From: Planctomycetota bacterium
GTDB lineage: Bacteria; Planctomycetota; UBA1135; UBA2386
DNA: 64,000 bases
Direction of reading: 5' to 3'
Assembly: GCA_965223545.1 (NCBI GenBank)
Contig: OZ245006.1
Location: 2,016,001 to 2,080,000 of the forward strand
Every line of letters begins with the position of its first letter. Within the stretch, counting starts at the first letter, position 1. This document shows, in pieces, positions 17,995 to 27,392 of this stretch. Position numbers and translations under genes: made by a program. Under the pieces are notes generated by a model, which did not search any database, had not been told where the DNA came from, and saw nothing but the letters and a program-made list of their open reading frames with translations.

Positions 17995-18426
17995 ATGCGC
18001 CGCCGGACCAAAGCCCGCGAAATCGCAGTCCAGTTCCTCTACCAGCTCGACATGAGGGGCGACGAGATCGCCTCGTCGTTGGACGAGTTCTTGGCGCAGG
18101 AAACCGAAGACGAGCAGACGCGGCGTTTTGCTCGCCGCCTGATCGAGGGCACGCGCACGGACATCACGCGCACCGACGAGCTGCTGCGGTCGGTGACCCG
18201 CAACTGGGACCTCAAGCGCATGGCGATCGTCGACCGCAACGTGCTCCGGATGGCGATCTACGAGCTGCTCCACTGCGACGACATCCCGCCCAAGGTGACG
18301 ATCAACGAGGCCATCGAGATCGGCAAGAAGTTCTCCACCGGCAACTCCGGCGCGTTCATCAACGGCATCCTCGACCGCGTGCGCATCGACTTGCTGGCGG
18401 GCGACGCGCAGGCGGCCGCCGAGTGA
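17995..18426 (+). CDS. nusB: Transcription antitermination factor NusB
   Basis: RRTKAREIAVQFLYQ, NWDLKRMAIVDRNVLRMAIYEL, PPKVTINEAIEIGKKFS, FINGILD; follows ribH. Confidence 0.97.
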   Translation: MRRRTKAREIAVQFLYQLDMRGDEIASSLDEFLAQETEDEQTRRFARRLIEGTRTDITRTDELLRSVTRNWDLKRMAIVDRNVLRMAIYELLHCDDIPPKVTINEAIEIGKKFSTGNSGAFINGILDRVRIDLLAGDAQAAAE

Positions 18427-18731
18427 GCGTCTGGGCCCGAGGATCGTTGCGCGGCCGCAACGTTGCCGCAGGCCGGTTGTCGTCAGGACTTCGATACCGC
18501 AACTCCCAGACGCTCAGAAGCAACACTGGCGTCTGCGCTCAGCGTGGCCGTCCGGCACCGCTGGATTCCCGGGCTCCGCTACTGTCGCGGTGCGCTCGGT
18601 TTTTGGTTGCGGCCCCGGCCGCGCTGAGCGTCTGGGCCCGCGGATCTTTTTGCGGCGGCAACGTTGCCGCAGGCCGGCTGTCGTCAGGACTTCGATACCG
18701 CAACTCCCAGACGCTCAGAAGCAACACTGGC
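18424..18731. repeat. Two ~107-bp direct repeats (18424-18530, 18625-18731), each containing a 93-bp element bounded by inverted repeats (REP/MITE-like)
   Basis: TGAGCGTCTGGG...CCCAGACGCTCA are perfect 12-bp terminal inverted repeats in both copies, each followed by GAAGCAACACTGGC. The period is 201 bp. Confidence 0.9.
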
Positions 18732-18748
18732 CTCCGGGCGAGCTCGGC

Positions 18749-19678
18749 ATGGTGATCGGCAAGCTGTTCGCCAGCCTGCGCAAGACGCGCGATCGCTTGA
18801 GCTCCGGCCTCTCGCGACTGCTGACGCTCGGCCGCGCGCTCGACGAGGATCTGCTCGAGGAGCTGGAGGAGGTGCTGTACTCGGCCGACCTCGGCCCGGT
18901 CACCGCCGAATTGGTCGACTCGCTCAAGGCCGCGTACCGCAACAAGACGCTGCGCGAAACCAGCGAGGTCGTCCCGCATCTCCGGCGCTTGCTGCTCGAG
19001 CGGCTGGAGGGCTGTGGCGGTGAGCTGCGCCGGGCGGCGAGCGGCCCCACCGTGATCCTGGTGGTCGGCGTCAACGGCTCGGGCAAGACCACGTCGATCG
19101 CCAAGCTCGCGCACCATCTCAGCAGCCGAGGCCACAAGGTGCTGCTCGGCGCCGGCGACACGTTCCGCGCCGCGGCCGTCGAGCAGCTCACCCTGTGGGC
19201 CGACCGCCTCGGGATCGGCATCGTCAAGCAATCGACCGGGGCGGATCCGGCCGCGGTCGCCTTCGACGCGTGCGCGGCCGCCGTGGCGCGCGGCGTCGAC
19301 TTCTTGATTCTCGACACCGCGGGCCGCTTGCACACGCAGAAGAACCTGATGGAGGAGCTGCGCAAGATCGTGCGGGTGGTGACCAAGCAGATCCCCGACG
19401 CACCGCACGAGACCCTGCTCGTGCTCGACGCGACGACGGGCCAGAACGCGATCCGCCAGGCCCGCGAGTTCAGCGCGGTCGCCGAGGTCAGCGGCTTGCT
19501 GTTGGCCAAGATGGACGGCACCGCCAAGGGTGGCGCCGTGTTCGGCATCCGCGACGCCGTGCCGCTGCCGGTGGTGTTCGTCGGCGTCGGCGAGAAGCTC
19601 GACGATCTCTTGCGCTTCGACCCCGAGGCGTTCGTCGACGCGGTGCTCACCCTGCAGCCCACCGGCGAGACCGCCTGA
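18749..19678 (+). CDS. ftsY: Signal recognition particle receptor FtsY
   Basis: GVNGSGKTTSIAKLA, DTFRAAAVEQL, DTAGRLH, LDATTGQNA, KMDGTAKGG, GVGEKLDDL. Confidence 0.97.
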   Translation: MVIGKLFASLRKTRDRLSSGLSRLLTLGRALDEDLLEELEEVLYSADLGPVTAELVDSLKAAYRNKTLRETSEVVPHLRRLLLERLEGCGGELRRAASGPTVILVVGVNGSGKTTSIAKLAHHLSSRGHKVLLGAGDTFRAAAVEQLTLWADRLGIGIVKQSTGADPAAVAFDACAAAVARGVDFLILDTAGRLHTQKNLMEELRKIVRVVTKQIPDAPHETLLVLDATTGQNAIRQAREFSAVAEVSGLLLAKMDGTAKGGAVFGIRDAVPLPVVFVGVGEKLDDLLRFDPEAFVDAVLTLQPTGETA

Positions 19679-21849
19679 TGCGCTGGTTGCCTGCGGCGCT
19701 GCTCTGCGCCGTCGCGCTGCCGTTCCACGCACACTGGATCGATTTCGAGGCGAGCCGGCGCGCCACCCTGCTGCTGGCGATGTTACCACTGGCGCTGACC
19801 GCGCGGCGCTGGCTGCGGCCACCACCGGCGGCGTTGTGGTGGACCGGCGCCCTCGTCGTGTGGGCCGCGGTGCGCACGTTCGACGCAACCAATCCCGGCT
19901 TCGGCCTCGACCGCACAGCGCACTTGACCGCGTTGTTCGCGCTGGCCTGCTGGAGCGCGGGCGTCCCGTTGCAGCGCTGGCTGTGGGCGGCGTTGCCGGT
20001 CACCCTGGCGGTGAGTGCGTGGGGGCTGCTGCAAGCGGCCGGCGTCACCCAAGGGGTGCACACGCTGCTGCTGCCCCTGCACCGCGCCGCCGGCGAAGGC
20101 AGCTGGACGCTCGCGCTGCGCGGACTGCTGGAGAGCGGCTCGCCAAGGGACCCGGTGAGCACGCTCGGCAACCTCAACGTCGCCGCCGAGGTCGTCGCGG
20201 TCGGCGGAGCCGCGGCGATCACCCTGCTGACCACCGGCGACGCGCACCGCCGCACCGCGTGGACCACGCTGGCGCTCGCCGCCGCCTACCTCGTCGTCAA
20301 CGGTTCGCGTTCGGGCTGGGTCGCCCTCCCGCTGGCCGCGGTCGCCGGGCTGGCTGCCCGGGGCGTCGGCCGCCAACGCCGCGCCCTGGTGCTCGCCGCG
20401 CTGCTGGCCGGCGCCGGCTGCGGCGGGCTCGCGGCGGTCCTCGCCACCCCCGCGCCCGAGCCAACCACGGGCGGCACGGCCACCGACGCGCCGGGCGACG
20501 CCCCCCGCCCATCGACCGTGCGGGTGCGCATCGAGCTGTGGCGCGGCACGGCACAGATGATCGCCGAGCACCCCCTCGCCGGAGTCGGCTGCGGCCAGTG
20601 GCCGGTGCACTACCCGCGCTACCGCTCGCAGCAGGAGATCGAGCTGTCCACGTTCGAACGCGCGTTTGCCTCGCGGCCGCAGACCGCACACAACGACTAC
20701 CTCGAGCTCACCGCCGAGACCGGGGCCGTGGGTGCCGTTCTCGGTCTGGCTTCGATCATCGCTCTCGGCTTGGCCATTCGGCGGCGCGGCTTGGCCGCCG
20801 GCGCGGTCCTGATCGCGTTCGGAGCCCTGATGGCAGTGCGCTCCCCCTTGGGCAATGCACCGGCGGCCGCGCTGGCGGCCGGCTGCGCGGGCGCCCTGTG
20901 CGGCGCGGGCATCCGACCGCGCGCGGGCACGCCCCCAGGGGGCTGGCTGTGGCTGCCGGCGGCCGTGCTGGGGGTGGGGCTCGCCATCTTCGGCGCGTGG
21001 CGACTGGCCGCCCACTGCCCAGCGGCGACCTCCATCCGCGACCGCGCCGTCGACCCGGCCGCGGCGGCCGCGCAGCTCGACGCGGCGATCGCCCGCCATC
21101 CCGATGACCCGAGCTTGCGCGCCCTGCGCACACCGTGGCCGCCGCGGCCGTCCGCCGGCGACGCCCGGACCAGCGCCGCCGTCACCGACGATCTCGAGGC
21201 GATGGCCCGCCTCGATCCCTACGCGCCAACGACCCTGCGCACCCGCGCGCTCTACGCCAACCTGCGCGGCGACGCCGAGACCGGGCTCGCACTCCTGCGG
21301 CAAGCGCTCGCCGCCGATCCCGGCGATCCCGAATCGCGCGTGGCGCTGGCCGCGCTGCAGCTGGTCACCGGCCGCACCGCGGCGGTGGTGGACACGCTGT
21401 TCGAGGACCCGCATCCCCGCTTGCGCGCGTCGCTGGCCACGCGCTTCGCCGAGCTGGCACAGACCGCGGAAGACCTCGCGGCGGCGCGGGCGGACGCCGC
21501 CGATCGAGAGGGCGCCCAAGGCTACCGCGCGGCGGCATTGCTGTACGCGGAGGAAGCGCTGCGCATCCGCGGCGCCGATGCGTTGCCGGACGATCCATCG
21601 ACCGCCGACCGCTACGCCAAGGAGCTGCAGGAGCTGCAGAACCGGCTCGTTGCCCCGGACATGTCGCCCTTGATCCTGTACGCCGCCGCCGCACTGCAGC
21701 GCGGTGCCCCCGCCGAGGCCGCGGTGTACGGCCGGCGCGCGGCCGGCCTGCCGCTGGCGGAGCGCCACCGCCGGCTGCTCGCCCCATTGCTGCGCTCGCT
21801 GGCCGAGGTCGAAGGCTGGCGCGACCTGCAGCTTCAGCCGACGCGGTAG
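19678..21849 (+). CDS. O-antigen ligase (Wzy_C) family membrane protein with C-terminal TPR-like region
   Basis: Multiple TM helices; STLGNLN, SRSGWVAL, RIELW..MIAEHPLAGVGCG, AHNDYLELTAETG; helical repeats at the C-terminus. Confidence 0.85.
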   Translation: MRWLPAALLCAVALPFHAHWIDFEASRRATLLLAMLPLALTARRWLRPPPAALWWTGALVVWAAVRTFDATNPGFGLDRTAHLTALFALACWSAGVPLQRWLWAALPVTLAVSAWGLLQAAGVTQGVHTLLLPLHRAAGEGSWTLALRGLLESGSPRDPVSTLGNLNVAAEVVAVGGAAAITLLTTGDAHRRTAWTTLALAAAYLVVNGSRSGWVALPLAAVAGLAARGVGRQRRALVLAALLAGAGCGGLAAVLATPAPEPTTGGTATDAPGDAPRPSTVRVRIELWRGTAQMIAEHPLAGVGCGQWPVHYPRYRSQQEIELSTFERAFASRPQTAHNDYLELTAETGAVGAVLGLASIIALGLAIRRRGLAAGAVLIAFGALMAVRSPLGNAPAAALAAGCAGALCGAGIRPRAGTPPGGWLWLPAAVLGVGLAIFGAWRLAAHCPAATSIRDRAVDPAAAAAQLDAAIARHPDDPSLRALRTPWPPRPSAGDARTSAAVTDDLEAMARLDPYAPTTLRTRALYANLRGDAETGLALLRQALAADPGDPESRVALAALQLVTGRTAAVVDTLFEDPHPRLRASLATRFAELAQTAEDLAAARADAADREGAQGYRAAALLYAEEALRIRGADALPDDPSTADRYAKELQELQNRLVAPDMSPLILYAAAALQRGAPAEAAVYGRRAAGLPLAERHRRLLAPLLRSLAEVEGWRDLQLQPTR

Positions 21850-21865
21850 GGCCGGGCGCCGACCG

Positions 21866-22987
21866 TCAGCCGTCGCCGGTCAGCTGCTGTAGCGTCGCGC
21901 CGATGCGCGCCGGATCGAGGAGCACATTGCCGCGCAGCCGGGTCCCCGCCTCGAGGTCGGCGATGCATACACCGTCGACCACGCGCACCTCGTCGGTCCA
22001 GAACACGATGCGATCACCGAACGGGTTGCGCAGCCGCAATCGCATCGGCTCGGGAGCGATCACCGCCACGCTCTCCACCACGCCGCCGATCCGGCGCGCC
22101 GAGACCAGGTGGCGCCCGCTGGTGCGTAGATGCGTGAACGCGACGTCGCCGAACGGCGCGGACGTCTGCGGAAACACCTCGAGCACGCCGTCGACTTCGC
22201 GCAACAGCGCCGCCTCGACCGCGTCCGCATCCACCACCTTCGCCTCACCACCGACGACCGCCTCGACGGCGTCGGCCGCGCCGACGGCGCGCAGATAGCG
22301 CGCGCGGTCGTAGCCCACCTGCTGGTCGGGGTCGGCGAAGTCGATCCGCGACCGGCCCCAATAGCGGGCCCATTGCGCGCGCTGGCGCTCGGCCAAGACC
22401 TCGTGCTCCTCTGCCAGAGCGCGTTCCGCCGCCGCCCGCGCCGCGGTGACCGCGGCCGCGCGGTCACTGGCTTCGAAACCGACCGCGACGCGGAGCCCGT
22501 CCGCGGTGGTCGCCCAAACAGCGGCCGCGGTGACCGCACGTTCGCCGTCGGTGATCGACAGCACGCAGCGCTCGTCTTCCGCCACCGCCTCGCGCGAACC
22601 GGCGCGCAGCCCGACCGCCGGTGCGCAGTCCGCGGCGCGCACCACCAGCACCGGCGCGTCCAGGGCGGCGAAGACTTCGATCGAGCCGCTCGCGGTGTGC
22701 ACGCGGGCGATCGCAGACGCCAACTCCAGCCGCAGCCCACCCGTCGATTGCAGCGCGCCGAGCCGGACGTCGACCGGCGCACCGCCGTCGGGCTGCCATC
22801 GCACGGTGACCCCATCGCGCTCACAGCGCAACACGCCGTGGCCCCACGGGCTGCCCAGCACGACCCCGTCGTCCGGGCCGGGCTCCTCGAACTCGACGTC
22901 CGAGCTCGGCGAAGGCGGAGCGACCAGGGGCAGAGCCTGCCGGCAAGAAGCCGCCATGGCTGCCAACAACGCGAGGACGATCGGCAT
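21866..22987 (-). CDS. Lipoprotein resembling a GH95/GH65-like glycosidase with the catalytic barrel largely missing
   Basis: Lipobox-like LAAMAASC. WARYWGRSRIDFADP and LEVFP..DVAFTHLRTSGRHLVSARR..LRLRNPF resemble GH95 linker and C-terminal beta-domain motifs. Confidence 0.6.
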   Translation of the reverse strand: MPIVLALLAAMAASCRQALPLVAPPSPSSDVEFEEPGPDDGVVLGSPWGHGVLRCERDGVTVRWQPDGGAPVDVRLGALQSTGGLRLELASAIARVHTASGSIEVFAALDAPVLVVRAADCAPAVGLRAGSREAVAEDERCVLSITDGERAVTAAAVWATTADGLRVAVGFEASDRAAAVTAARAAAERALAEEHEVLAERQRAQWARYWGRSRIDFADPDQQVGYDRARYLRAVGAADAVEAVVGGEAKVVDADAVEAALLREVDGVLEVFPQTSAPFGDVAFTHLRTSGRHLVSARRIGGVVESVAVIAPEPMRLRLRNPFGDRIVFWTDEVRVVDGVCIADLEAGTRLRGNVLLDPARIGATLQQLTGDG

Positions 22988-23019
22988 GCGGCTTCGCACT
23001 CGCCCAGATTGGCCGTGCC

Positions 23020-23964
23020 TCACCGCCCACCCCCCACGCTCTCCGGCAGCTCGACGCGGCATTCTTCGAGCACGGTCTCGAGGGCGGGTCGACCGGCGAC
23101 CAGGGCGTGGTCTGCCGGCAGCAGCGCGTCGACGGTCTCGGTCAGCCGGTGCGCGCACAGCGCCACGCCCAGCTTGGTCGCGTGCAGCCCATCCGACTGC
23201 AGGAGCATCTCCTCCTCCAGCTGCAGCTGCTCCCCGGCCACCTCGACGGGGTAGCCCTCGGCCTTGACCTGCGCCACCCAACGGGCCAGCGAAAACACGG
23301 AGACCCGGGGGCGCTCTGCCGCCCACTCGGCGAGCTGCGCGTTGAGCGCGGCCAGCGCATCGGGGGAGGGAATCTGCGCCCGCGATAACATCCGCGCGTC
23401 GGCGCCGGTCATGTCGGGGTAGTCGCCGACGACGATCGGACACTCGAACTCGTCCAGCATCGCCAGCCCCTGACGCTGCAGCGCCAGGCGCTCCCGCTGT
23501 CGATCCTGGGGCGTCGCACCCCGCACCGCCCCGTAGCCGAACCAGAACAGGAAATCGACCGCCATGACCAGCTCGGGAGTCCGCCGCGCGGCGCGCTTGA
23601 CGGCGACCCGGGCGTGCTTCAGCGGGTTCATGAACAACAGACTGCTGCTGCAGTCGCGCAACTTTGCCGCCGGCCAAAACGCGGCCAACGCCACGCCCAA
23701 GCGCATGGTCCGGTTGCGATCGGCGTCGCCAAAGGGCGTGGTGAAGCCGTTGCTCAGACTCGCCCCCAGGATGGCCACCTCCGACGGCACGGGCGGTTCG
23801 GCGCCCGGCGCCTCCGACCGCTGGGCGACTCCCGCGCCCGCACAAGCCAAGATCGCGACGAAGCCGGCGGCCGCCCGCAGCGAAACTGCAGCCCGACGGC
23901 CCGGATGCCGATGCTTCCTCTGGTGCGCAACCGGCGCTTTTCCGTCACGGCAGCCCTCGAGCAT
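23020..23964 (-). CDS. Secreted SGNH/GDSL hydrolase-like protein (start uncertain)
   Basis: ILGASLSNG (block I-like), AVDFLFWFGYG, DGLH (block V DxxH); signal-like segment. Confidence 0.72.
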   Translation of the reverse strand: MLEGCRDGKAPVAHQRKHRHPGRRAAVSLRAAAGFVAILACAGAGVAQRSEAPGAEPPVPSEVAILGASLSNGFTTPFGDADRNRTMRLGVALAAFWPAAKLRDCSSSLLFMNPLKHARVAVKRAARRTPELVMAVDFLFWFGYGAVRGATPQDRQRERLALQRQGLAMLDEFECPIVVGDYPDMTGADARMLSRAQIPSPDALAALNAQLAEWAAERPRVSVFSLARWVAQVKAEGYPVEVAGEQLQLEEEMLLQSDGLHATKLGVALCAHRLTETVDALLPADHALVAGRPALETVLEECRVELPESVGGGR

Positions 23965-24080
23965 CGTCGGCAGACCGCCGATCGGGCGGCGGGTGGGCAC
24001 CGCGTCGGACCCCGCGAGGGCACCGGCGGGCGGCCTCGTGGAGAGCCCTGATGCGGCTCCTCGAATCGTCCGTAACTTCA

Positions 24081-24111
24081 TTGACAAGAGCAGTTTAACA
24101 AAACAACGAAT
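24081..24111 (+). promoter_or_regulatory. Possible sigma70-type promoter for the 24259 operon
   Basis: Perfect TTGACA in an AT-rich patch of a divergent intergenic region; the -10 match is weak. Confidence 0.3.
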
Positions 24112-24258
24112 GGCCGGTGTCCGGGCTTCCGCGGGCGGTAGACTCTTCCACACACCTCGTTCCCTGGGCGACGGTTCCGTTCTTGCACGGCGCACTCGTG
24201 CAAGCCACCCCGCCTCAGTGAAATTGCACCGGGGCCCTGCAACCTGGACGGAATCAGC

Positions 24259-25677
24259 ATGAGCAAACACGTCGTCATCCTCGGGGGGGGACTCGCCGGG
24301 CTGTCGTGCGGCTACGAGCTCGCGACGCGCGGTCACCGAGTCACCATCCTCGAACGCGAACCGCACGTCGGCGGTATGGCGTCGTCCTTCATCGAGGACG
24401 GGGACGAGTACTGGTGCTACGACTTCGGACCGCACCGCTTCCACAGCCGCGACGAGAATCTGATCGCACACGTGCGTGAGATTCTCGGCGACAACATCGT
24501 CAACGCCAAGCGGCTGTCCCGCATCGTGCTGTTCAACAAGTTCTTCGACTACCCGCTGGTGGCGAAGAACGTCGTGCGGGAGATGCCGCGCGGCCTGCTG
24601 CTGCGCGCCTTCTACGACTACGCCAAGGTGCGGACTCAGGAGACGCTGGGCATCTCCAAGCACTCCGACGACAACTTCGAGGGCTGGGTCACGCGCCGGT
24701 TCGGCAAGACGTTGTACGAGGTGTTCTTCGGCCAGTACACCGAAAAGGCGTGGGGCATGCCGCCGAAGGAGATCTCCTCCGACTGGGCCAGCCAGCGGAT
24801 CTCGCTGCTCAGCCTCTGGGACACGGTGAAGAAAACGCTGTTCCCCAACAAGAAGAACACGCCGCGCACCCTGGTCACCGACTTCATCTACCCCAAGTAC
24901 GGCGGCATCGGCGAGCTGGCGCGCGGCTACGCGCGGCGTATCGAGGAGCTCGGCGGTGAGATCCTGGTCAACGCGCCGGCGATCAAGGTCTATCGCGACG
25001 GGATGCGGGTCACCGGCATCCAGTACGGCAAGCACAAGCGCATCGACATCGAGGCGGACGAGTACGTCACCACGATCCCGATCACCTCGCTGGCCAGGGC
25101 AGTCGCCCCGGCCGCGCCGCAGGAAGTGCTGACCGCAGTCAACGCCCTGCAGTACATCTCGATCGTGTTCGTCTACCTCAAGCTCGACCGGCCCAGCGTC
25201 AGCCCCGACTCGTGGGTCTACCTGCCGGAGAAGCACTTGACGGTGCACCGGATCTCGGAGTTCCGCAACTTCAGTCCGCACTGCGCGCCCGAGGGCAAGA
25301 CCATGGTCTGCGCCGAGATCACCTGCCGGCGCGGCGACGCGATCTGGCGGGCCAGCACCGAAGAGCTGACCGCCACCGCCGAGCGCGACCTGGTGGACAT
25401 CGGCCTGATCGAGCCGGGCCAGGTGATCGGCACCGTGATCAAGAAGATTCCGTACGCCTACCCGGTGTACGATCTGCAGTACAAGCAGCACCTGGCGCCG
25501 ATCATGGACTTCGTCAACGGCCTGCAGGACATCCACACCACCGGCCGTCAGGGCAACTTCCGCTACAACAACATGGACCAGTCCGTCGAGATGGGCCGCA
25601 AGGTCGGCATCGAGCTGGCGACGGGCGACGCCACCGGTCACGAGGCCGTGGCGACTGGATCGGAGTACTTCGGGTGA
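24259..25677 (+). CDS. FAD-dependent oxidoreductase (protoporphyrinogen oxidase / UDP-galactopyranose mutase-like, glycan-locus type)
   Basis: VILGGGLAGL Rossmann motif, EREPHVGG, DFGPHRFH, YTEKAWG, YPKYGG, AYPVY, GRQGNFRYNNMD. Confidence 0.85.
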   Translation: MSKHVVILGGGLAGLSCGYELATRGHRVTILEREPHVGGMASSFIEDGDEYWCYDFGPHRFHSRDENLIAHVREILGDNIVNAKRLSRIVLFNKFFDYPLVAKNVVREMPRGLLLRAFYDYAKVRTQETLGISKHSDDNFEGWVTRRFGKTLYEVFFGQYTEKAWGMPPKEISSDWASQRISLLSLWDTVKKTLFPNKKNTPRTLVTDFIYPKYGGIGELARGYARRIEELGGEILVNAPAIKVYRDGMRVTGIQYGKHKRIDIEADEYVTTIPITSLARAVAPAAPQEVLTAVNALQYISIVFVYLKLDRPSVSPDSWVYLPEKHLTVHRISEFRNFSPHCAPEGKTMVCAEITCRRGDAIWRASTEELTATAERDLVDIGLIEPGQVIGTVIKKIPYAYPVYDLQYKQHLAPIMDFVNGLQDIHTTGRQGNFRYNNMDQSVEMGRKVGIELATGDATGHEAVATGSEYFG

Positions 25678-26615
25678 ACCCCGCGGACCTGGTCGAGGTC
25701 TCCACCTGCCAGGTTTGTGGTTCGGGTCGGAGCGAGCTCAAGTTCGAGGAGGCTCCGTTCTCGGTGCGGCGCTGTGTGGATTGCGGCTTGGTCTTCGTCT
25801 CGCCGCGGCTGACCGCCGAGGCCCTGCACCGCGACGTCTACAGCGAGCAGTACTGGCGCAGCGACCGGCCGCGCGAGCACGGCTACGCCGACTACGCCAA
25901 GGATGAGCCGCTCTACCTCAAGACGTTTCGGCGGCGGCGCGGGTTGGTCGCGCGCCACTGCCCCGAGCCGGGGCGCGTGCTCGACATCGGCTGCGCCGCG
26001 GGCTACTTCCTGCGGGTGATGCAGGCAGAGGGATGGGACGTGCTCGGCGTCGAGCCGTCGCCGATCGCCGAGCGCGCCGCGTCGCATCTCGGCCAGGATC
26101 GGGTTTGGCACGGAACGCTCGACAGCGCCCCCGCCGACCGCTGCCCGCCGGGCAGCTTCGACCTGGTCACCATGTGGGACGTGATCGAGCACGTGCCCGA
26201 CCCACAACAGCTGCTGCGCGAGGCCAAGTCGATGCTCGCGCCGGGCGGCACGCTGATCCTGGAGACGCAGAACGTCGACAGCCGGTTCGCGAGCATGCTC
26301 GGCAAGCGCTGGCACCACTACAAGCACCGCGAGCACCTGTACCACTTCAACCCGGACACCGTGCAGCGACTGCTCGGGCAAAGCGGCTTCGAGGTCGTCG
26401 ACAACAGCGCGGCCTTCGGCGGCAAGTACGTGTCCTTCGCCTTCATCGCCGAACGCGCCGCGCGCCTGCACGGCGCGGTCAGCTTCTTGTTGAAGCCCCT
26501 GGCCTTGCTCAAGAGCGCCAACGTCTACGTCAACCTTCGCGACGAGATGGTGGTCGTGGCCCGCCCCGTAGCCGAGCGCACGCCCGACCCCGCCCCCGTC
26601 GCCATCCCCACCTAG
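25674..26615 (+). CDS. Class I SAM-dependent methyltransferase with N-terminal zinc ribbon
   Basis: GTGA overlap; CQVC..CVDC; VLDIGCAAG; FDLVTMWDVIEHVPDP. Confidence 0.9.
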   Translation: MNPADLVEVSTCQVCGSGRSELKFEEAPFSVRRCVDCGLVFVSPRLTAEALHRDVYSEQYWRSDRPREHGYADYAKDEPLYLKTFRRRRGLVARHCPEPGRVLDIGCAAGYFLRVMQAEGWDVLGVEPSPIAERAASHLGQDRVWHGTLDSAPADRCPPGSFDLVTMWDVIEHVPDPQQLLREAKSMLAPGGTLILETQNVDSRFASMLGKRWHHYKHREHLYHFNPDTVQRLLGQSGFEVVDNSAAFGGKYVSFAFIAERAARLHGAVSFLLKPLALLKSANVYVNLRDEMVVVARPVAERTPDPAPVAIPT

Positions 26616-26623
26616 CACGACAC

Positions 26624-27388
26624 TTGGAAGCCCACGTCTACGACCAGTTCGCGGAGCTGGAGAAGTCCCACTTCTGGTTCCACGGCCGCCGCCAGATCTT
26701 CTTCGACCTCTTGCGCCGCAGCCTGCGGCGCGCCGGCTACCGGCCTGGCCAGGACCTGCAGGTCCTGGAGATCGGCTGTGGCGCCGGCGGAATGCTCGAG
26801 CCGCTGAGCGAGTTCGGCACGGTGACGGCAATGGACTTCTCGCCCGAGGCGATGGCGTACTGTCGCTCGCGCGGCTTCCCGCGCGTCGCCGCCGGCTCCG
26901 GCACCGATCTTCCGTTCCCCGACAACAGCTTCGACATCGTCGCGCTGTTCGACGTGATCGAGCACATCGAGGACGACCAACGCGTGCTGAGCGAAGCGAA
27001 CCGCGTGCTCAAGCCCGGCGGCAAGGTGTTCGTCTCGGTGCCGGCGTACCAGGCGCTCTACTCGCAAAACGACCGCGTCGTGCATCACCTGCGCCGCTAC
27101 ACCGCCACCGGCCTACGGCGCGTCGTCGACGGCGCCGGCCTGCGCACCGAGAAGCTGACCTACTTCAACACGCTGCTGTTTCCACTGATCCTGGCCGCGG
27201 TCTGCATGCTGAAGCTCAAGGAGCGCCTCTTCGGCCTGGACGAGGGCCAGACCAACCTGCACCACCAGTTCAGCAAGCCGGTCAACGGCCTGTTCGGCTG
27301 GATCATGGGCGGCGAGCGCTGGATGCTGCGCCACATCGAGTTCCCCTTCGGCCACTCACTCATCGCGCTGGCCGGCGCACGCGACTGA
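26624..27388 (+). CDS. Class I SAM-dependent methyltransferase
   Basis: TTG start; HFWFHGRR, VLEIGCGAG, LPFPDNSFD..DVIEHIEDD, HLRRYT. Confidence 0.9.
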   Translation: MEAHVYDQFAELEKSHFWFHGRRQIFFDLLRRSLRRAGYRPGQDLQVLEIGCGAGGMLEPLSEFGTVTAMDFSPEAMAYCRSRGFPRVAAGSGTDLPFPDNSFDIVALFDVIEHIEDDQRVLSEANRVLKPGGKVFVSVPAYQALYSQNDRVVHHLRRYTATGLRRVVDGAGLRTEKLTYFNTLLFPLILAAVCMLKLKERLFGLDEGQTNLHHQFSKPVNGLFGWIMGGERWMLRHIEFPFGHSLIALAGARD

Positions 27389-27392
27389 CCCG

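Noticed and set aside
18424..18731. CRISPR array
   Set aside because: Only two ~107-bp units with one ~94-bp spacer; the sizes are wrong and there are no cas genes.
24259..25677. hemY/hemG or glf gene symbol
   Set aside because: Family-level motifs only; the context does not distinguish the functions.
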